DNA of 62,529 bases. Source: a virus (lineage: Duplodnaviria; Caudoviricetes). The DNA is taken from the IMG/VR virus record IMGVR_UViG_3300017707_001200, positions 1-62,529 of that record; one strand, written 5' to 3'. Of this stretch, positions 59,180 to 62,529 are shown piece by piece; position 1 is the first letter of the stretch, and every line of letters begins with the position of its first letter. Below the pieces are notes generated by a model that was not told the DNA's origin, did no database searches, and saw only the letters and a program-made list of their open reading frames with translations. The translations under genes and the position numbers were made by a program.

Positions 59180-60946
59180 ATGGGATTTCGCGTAGATATC
59201 GAAGGTCTGAGGGTTGAGATTAGCGAGTATTCCGTCACGGAAGCCTCAACTCCTCTAGCCGCTGGAGACTCCTCGGGTCAAGTAGGGACCTTTTCGATCA
59301 CCCTCCCCATTCCTGACCAGTACGTTCTTTTGGGTACGGTCATCGGAGGTTATGGGTACGGCGAGGGACCCTACGGCGAGGGGCCCTACGGCGGCACCAC
59401 TTTCTTTGGTATACCGAACTCACCCTGGAAAGTGATTCGCCAGGTCGGACCACAAATCCTGATCGACAAATCCGTTCGAATCTTCGATTCCCGCAAGGGG
59501 TTCACTCTCGGGACTATCACGGATGCGGTGGAGAGTCGAGACGGGGGGACCATCCAACTTTCGGGAGTTTCGCGACTGGGTTCTCTTAATGTCTACGGTA
59601 TTCAGGCTCAGCCTTTCGTGGGGACTCTCCAGGACGCATTCGAGTATTACCTGAGTCTCGCCGGGATCACCACGGATCTTTTTGTTGACGAGAGTATCGC
59701 CTCCCGGGGTGTGGTGTTCCCCGGGTGGTCGGGTGAACTGTGGTACTACCTGAAAATGATGGCGGCGGCTCAGGACTGTGATATCTCACTCGTTTCCGGC
59801 GTTGTTCTTCTTCGTCCCATCCGGGCGAGAATTGCCACCGAAAACCGGGATACCTCACGAACGATTAGCACGGGGTCTGCGACATTGGCCCAGGCGGTCG
59901 AGGTTTATCAATACAATAATCGTCAAATCACCAACGAACTCGTGTACCCTATTGGGGGATGGACTCCCGAGGTTCAGGTAATGACCGTGAACGCGGGGGA
60001 AACCACCGAATACACCTTGGAGCTTTCTGCGTCTGTTTCAAGCATCCAGGAACCTGTCATGCAGACCTTTGTGGCGCAGGGCTACAACTCCTCCTCGGTG
60101 TACACCATTGTGGCGGATGACGGTCTCGCCGTTAGCCCCGCTCTCTGGACGGCACAGGGCGGCTCCCTCTCGGTATCTATTAGCGAGGACACAACGCACC
60201 TTATTGTCAAGCTTACGGGGGCTACAGGCGTGCCCACGACAGCCGGGGCTGCGGCTCAGAACTTCTCTGTCGCGCTGGGGGCCGATACGACGGGAAACCG
60301 CTATTCCACGTTCCGCATCGTCGGTTCCGGGGTCGCCTATACCAAAGTAAAAAAGCGCATCCGGACGGGTGTTCCCGCGTCGAAGACTGCAACAGATGTG
60401 GGCGTGACAATCGACAACCCCTTCATCTCTACAGTCAATGACCTCTACCGGGCGGGCACACGAGCCGCGAAAAAGTATGCGGGAGTCGGAATGACCCTCT
60501 CTGGAAATGTCATTGCGATCAACAGGCGAGGGGATTCAGGCGCGGCGACGTACCCCACTTACGGAGAAGTACAGGACGCTATCGAAGACGAAATTCTAGG
60601 GACACCAACCTATGCCAACGTCGAGACGTACTACGACGGGCTGGGGTTGACGAGCTACGAGGATATTCGACAGCACTGGTTCCAAGTCTTCCGCAACGAC
60701 GAGAGAGATCAGGTCTTCGGAAACGCGCAAGGCGCACGAATCTACGACCGTAAGAGCCGTAGGTGGTACCGTATTCGTGATGCGTCTCTAGCCCCCGGTG
60801 GTATCTCTATCGGAAGCGCCGACGATGATCTCACCCTGGGAGACATTCAAGGCCTCTATGATAATCTGACCTACGGAGATGTCCAAACTATTCTTGACCC
60901 CTTTACCTATCACGAGGCGGAACTTGCCGGAATGTGGAGACCCTAA
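59180..60946 (+). CDS. Minor tail protein (baseplate hub position)
   Basis: 588 aa, synteny, AGGAGG RBS. Confidence 0.7.
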   Translation: MGFRVDIEGLRVEISEYSVTEASTPLAAGDSSGQVGTFSITLPIPDQYVLLGTVIGGYGYGEGPYGEGPYGGTTFFGIPNSPWKVIRQVGPQILIDKSVRIFDSRKGFTLGTITDAVESRDGGTIQLSGVSRLGSLNVYGIQAQPFVGTLQDAFEYYLSLAGITTDLFVDESIASRGVVFPGWSGELWYYLKMMAAAQDCDISLVSGVVLLRPIRARIATENRDTSRTISTGSATLAQAVEVYQYNNRQITNELVYPIGGWTPEVQVMTVNAGETTEYTLELSASVSSIQEPVMQTFVAQGYNSSSVYTIVADDGLAVSPALWTAQGGSLSVSISEDTTHLIVKLTGATGVPTTAGAAAQNFSVALGADTTGNRYSTFRIVGSGVAYTKVKKRIRTGVPASKTATDVGVTIDNPFISTVNDLYRAGTRAAKKYAGVGMTLSGNVIAINRRGDSGAATYPTYGEVQDAIEDEILGTPTYANVETYYDGLGLTSYEDIRQHWFQVFRNDERDQVFGNAQGARIYDRKSRRWYRIRDASLAPGGISIGSADDDLTLGDIQGLYDNLTYGDVQTILDPFTYHEAELAGMWRP

Positions 60947-61605
60947 TGCCCGATGTATTTCCCCGAAGGAATCTTCCCGACTTGGCGGAACAGTGGGGCC
61001 GAGACGTAGAGGGCCGTGTCCTTAACCTCGATACCTCTATTCAGATCGTCGGACAAGAGGTTCAGAGCCTCAACCGCAATACGGCGTCCTCCCTTTCCGT
61101 TATCGCCAACCAGATCACGCAATTGGAGCAAGCTCAGGCGGCCATCGAAGCGATTCAAGCGCAGATCATTGCGGCACAAGCCGATATCACGGCAACGACC
61201 AACTTCCTCAGCACCCAGATTGTTTCGGATTCTAATTCGACCGTCGACAACTTCACTGGGTCGCACAGCGGAATAACGTGGGAGCCTTTCAGTGCAACAT
61301 TTGATTGCTCTGTCAACGTGACAACTGGACCCGCGGGTAAGTTGCTCATTCAGGCATCCGCTAACCTCACAGGTGGAGCACTGACGGCCTTGCTGGGTAT
61401 TGAAATCGTCGGCGTACTGGGTCCTACCTACCCCGGACCATACTCCACCTATGTCACGGACGGATCGGCGGGTGTTAGTCGAGTGGTGACCGCGGGTCTC
61501 AGTCCAAATACGGCGTATACCGTCCGATTGCGGCGGGGGATTGATGGCAACACCACCGGGCTTACGATTTGGAGAGATCAGACTCTTTCCGTGACCCGTT
61601 CCTGA
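60946..61605 (+). CDS. Minor tail protein
   Basis: Coiled coil plus beta-rich C-terminus. Confidence 0.65.
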   Translation: MPDVFPRRNLPDLAEQWGRDVEGRVLNLDTSIQIVGQEVQSLNRNTASSLSVIANQITQLEQAQAAIEAIQAQIIAAQADITATTNFLSTQIVSDSNSTVDNFTGSHSGITWEPFSATFDCSVNVTTGPAGKLLIQASANLTGGALTALLGIEIVGVLGPTYPGPYSTYVTDGSAGVSRVVTAGLSPNTAYTVRLRRGIDGNTTGLTIWRDQTLSVTRS

Positions 61606-61635
61606 TAGAATAGAATTAGACTTAGAGGAGATACA

Positions 61636-62301
61636 GTGGCAACCACTTCCCCCGACAATATTTGGACTCCAGATGCGGGAGACGACTACGCACTGACAAC
61701 CGATCTTGCTGCGATGGCGGATACGATTCAGGACGCAATCACCGCCAACCGGGTCGATCTTGTGGGGCTGGACTCCGCGCGACCGGCTGACGGATCCCCC
61801 GGGCTTATTGCGGGAATGACGTGGTACTCCACGGATACGGGCGTTACGTGGCGCTACAGTGGGTCCTCTTGGTCAGTCGAGTACCGGCCCCTGTCGTCCT
61901 ACACCCCGACTGTTTCCGGGATCACTGCCGGTCAGATCACCACTGTAGGAAAGTACGAGCGTCGCAATAGCTTTATCGAGGGATTCGCAACCATTACTAA
62001 GACGGGTGGCGGGGTTCTTACTGGGTCTGTTACGGTGTCCCTACCTACGACGCCCCTGGATAGCTCTACCGTTCGAAACCTCGGGGATGGAACGGTCCGG
62101 GTCATTCTCACGGGACCGGTTACTACCGACTATATCGTGACAGCTCGGTATACGGGAGGGTCGAATGTGAACCTCAATATTCCTGATCCGGGAGGCTCGG
62201 CGCTCACTGCCGGGACGAACCTCAGCGGTACATTCCCCACGTCGGGGTCCCATCTTGCAGGTAGCTCGTATTACATCACCTTCAAGTACGAGTCGGCGTA
62301 A
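61636..62301 (+). CDS. Minor tail/fiber protein
   Basis: GMTWYSTDTG..WRYSGSSW, YTPTVSG, VSLP motifs. Confidence 0.7.
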   Translation: MATTSPDNIWTPDAGDDYALTTDLAAMADTIQDAITANRVDLVGLDSARPADGSPGLIAGMTWYSTDTGVTWRYSGSSWSVEYRPLSSYTPTVSGITAGQITTVGKYERRNSFIEGFATITKTGGGVLTGSVTVSLPTTPLDSSTVRNLGDGTVRVILTGPVTTDYIVTARYTGGSNVNLNIPDPGGSALTAGTNLSGTFPTSGSHLAGSSYYITFKYESA

Positions 62302-62529
62302 TGGGCGACCTGCTTCTTCCCGTGGGACCTCGAAGGATGAGTTCCTGGGAAGCTCACCAGCACCGTGTGCCCCGTTCTACGGAGCCGGGGACGGACTTCT
62401 ATTGCCCCATCGGAACCCCTGTGTACGCACCCTGGGATGGTCGAGTCTACGGATGGGGAAACAGTATTATCCCTGCAACGGGTCGGTGGGTCGGGCTTGA
62501 TCTCACCAACGGTCAGCGCTTCAGGGCCA
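62301..62529 (+). CDS. Endolysin 5' part (continues at position 124)
   Basis: TAATG-coupled ATG in frame with ORF 15-665. Confidence 0.8.
   Translation, partial: MGDLLLPVGPRRMSSWEAHQHRVPRSTEPGTDFYCPIGTPVYAPWDGRVYGWGNSIIPATGRWVGLDLTNGQRFRA

Noticed and set aside
62407-62529. Biological direct terminal repeat
   Set aside because: It cuts through the endolysin ORF and looks like an assembler overlap; real ends are more likely near 29.1-29.3 kb
1-62529. Integrase, repressor, reverse transcriptase/DGR, CRISPR array, stop codon reassignment
   Set aside because: No motifs seen; genes read through normally in the standard code

Overview
An apparently complete, circularly assembled genome of a lytic siphovirus; bases 1-123 repeat exactly at 62407-62529. 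An actinobacterial host, probably Micrococcales or Microbacteriaceae, is inferred from WhiB, NrdH, a LAXTG sorting signal and leaderless extended -10 promoters. The leftward arm (860-29000) holds early, replication and recombination genes: PolA, prim-pol/helicase, SSB, ERF, exonucleases, SNF2 helicase and RuvC-like resolvase. The rightward arm (29400-62529, wrapping to 665) holds holin, packaging, head, tail and M23 endolysin genes. Seven free-standing HNH/EndoVII/GIY-YIG endonucleases are present. I saw no integrase, CRISPR array or reverse transcriptase. The most unusual signal is a set of predicted non-coding RNAs that the ORF track does not explain: (1) a 100-nt tmRNA-like tRNA domain with the alanine identity pair G3-U70, lacking its internal message and followed by a structured segment with an ssrA-tag-like frame; (2) a second, minimal tRNA-like element followed by four hairpins with GGG/GGGG loops; (3) a late small RNA whose C-rich loop is exactly complementary to a 9-nt ribosome-binding motif of several phage genes, including the primase. 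All structures were folded by eye, and protein calls come from motif recognition and synteny, not database searches.
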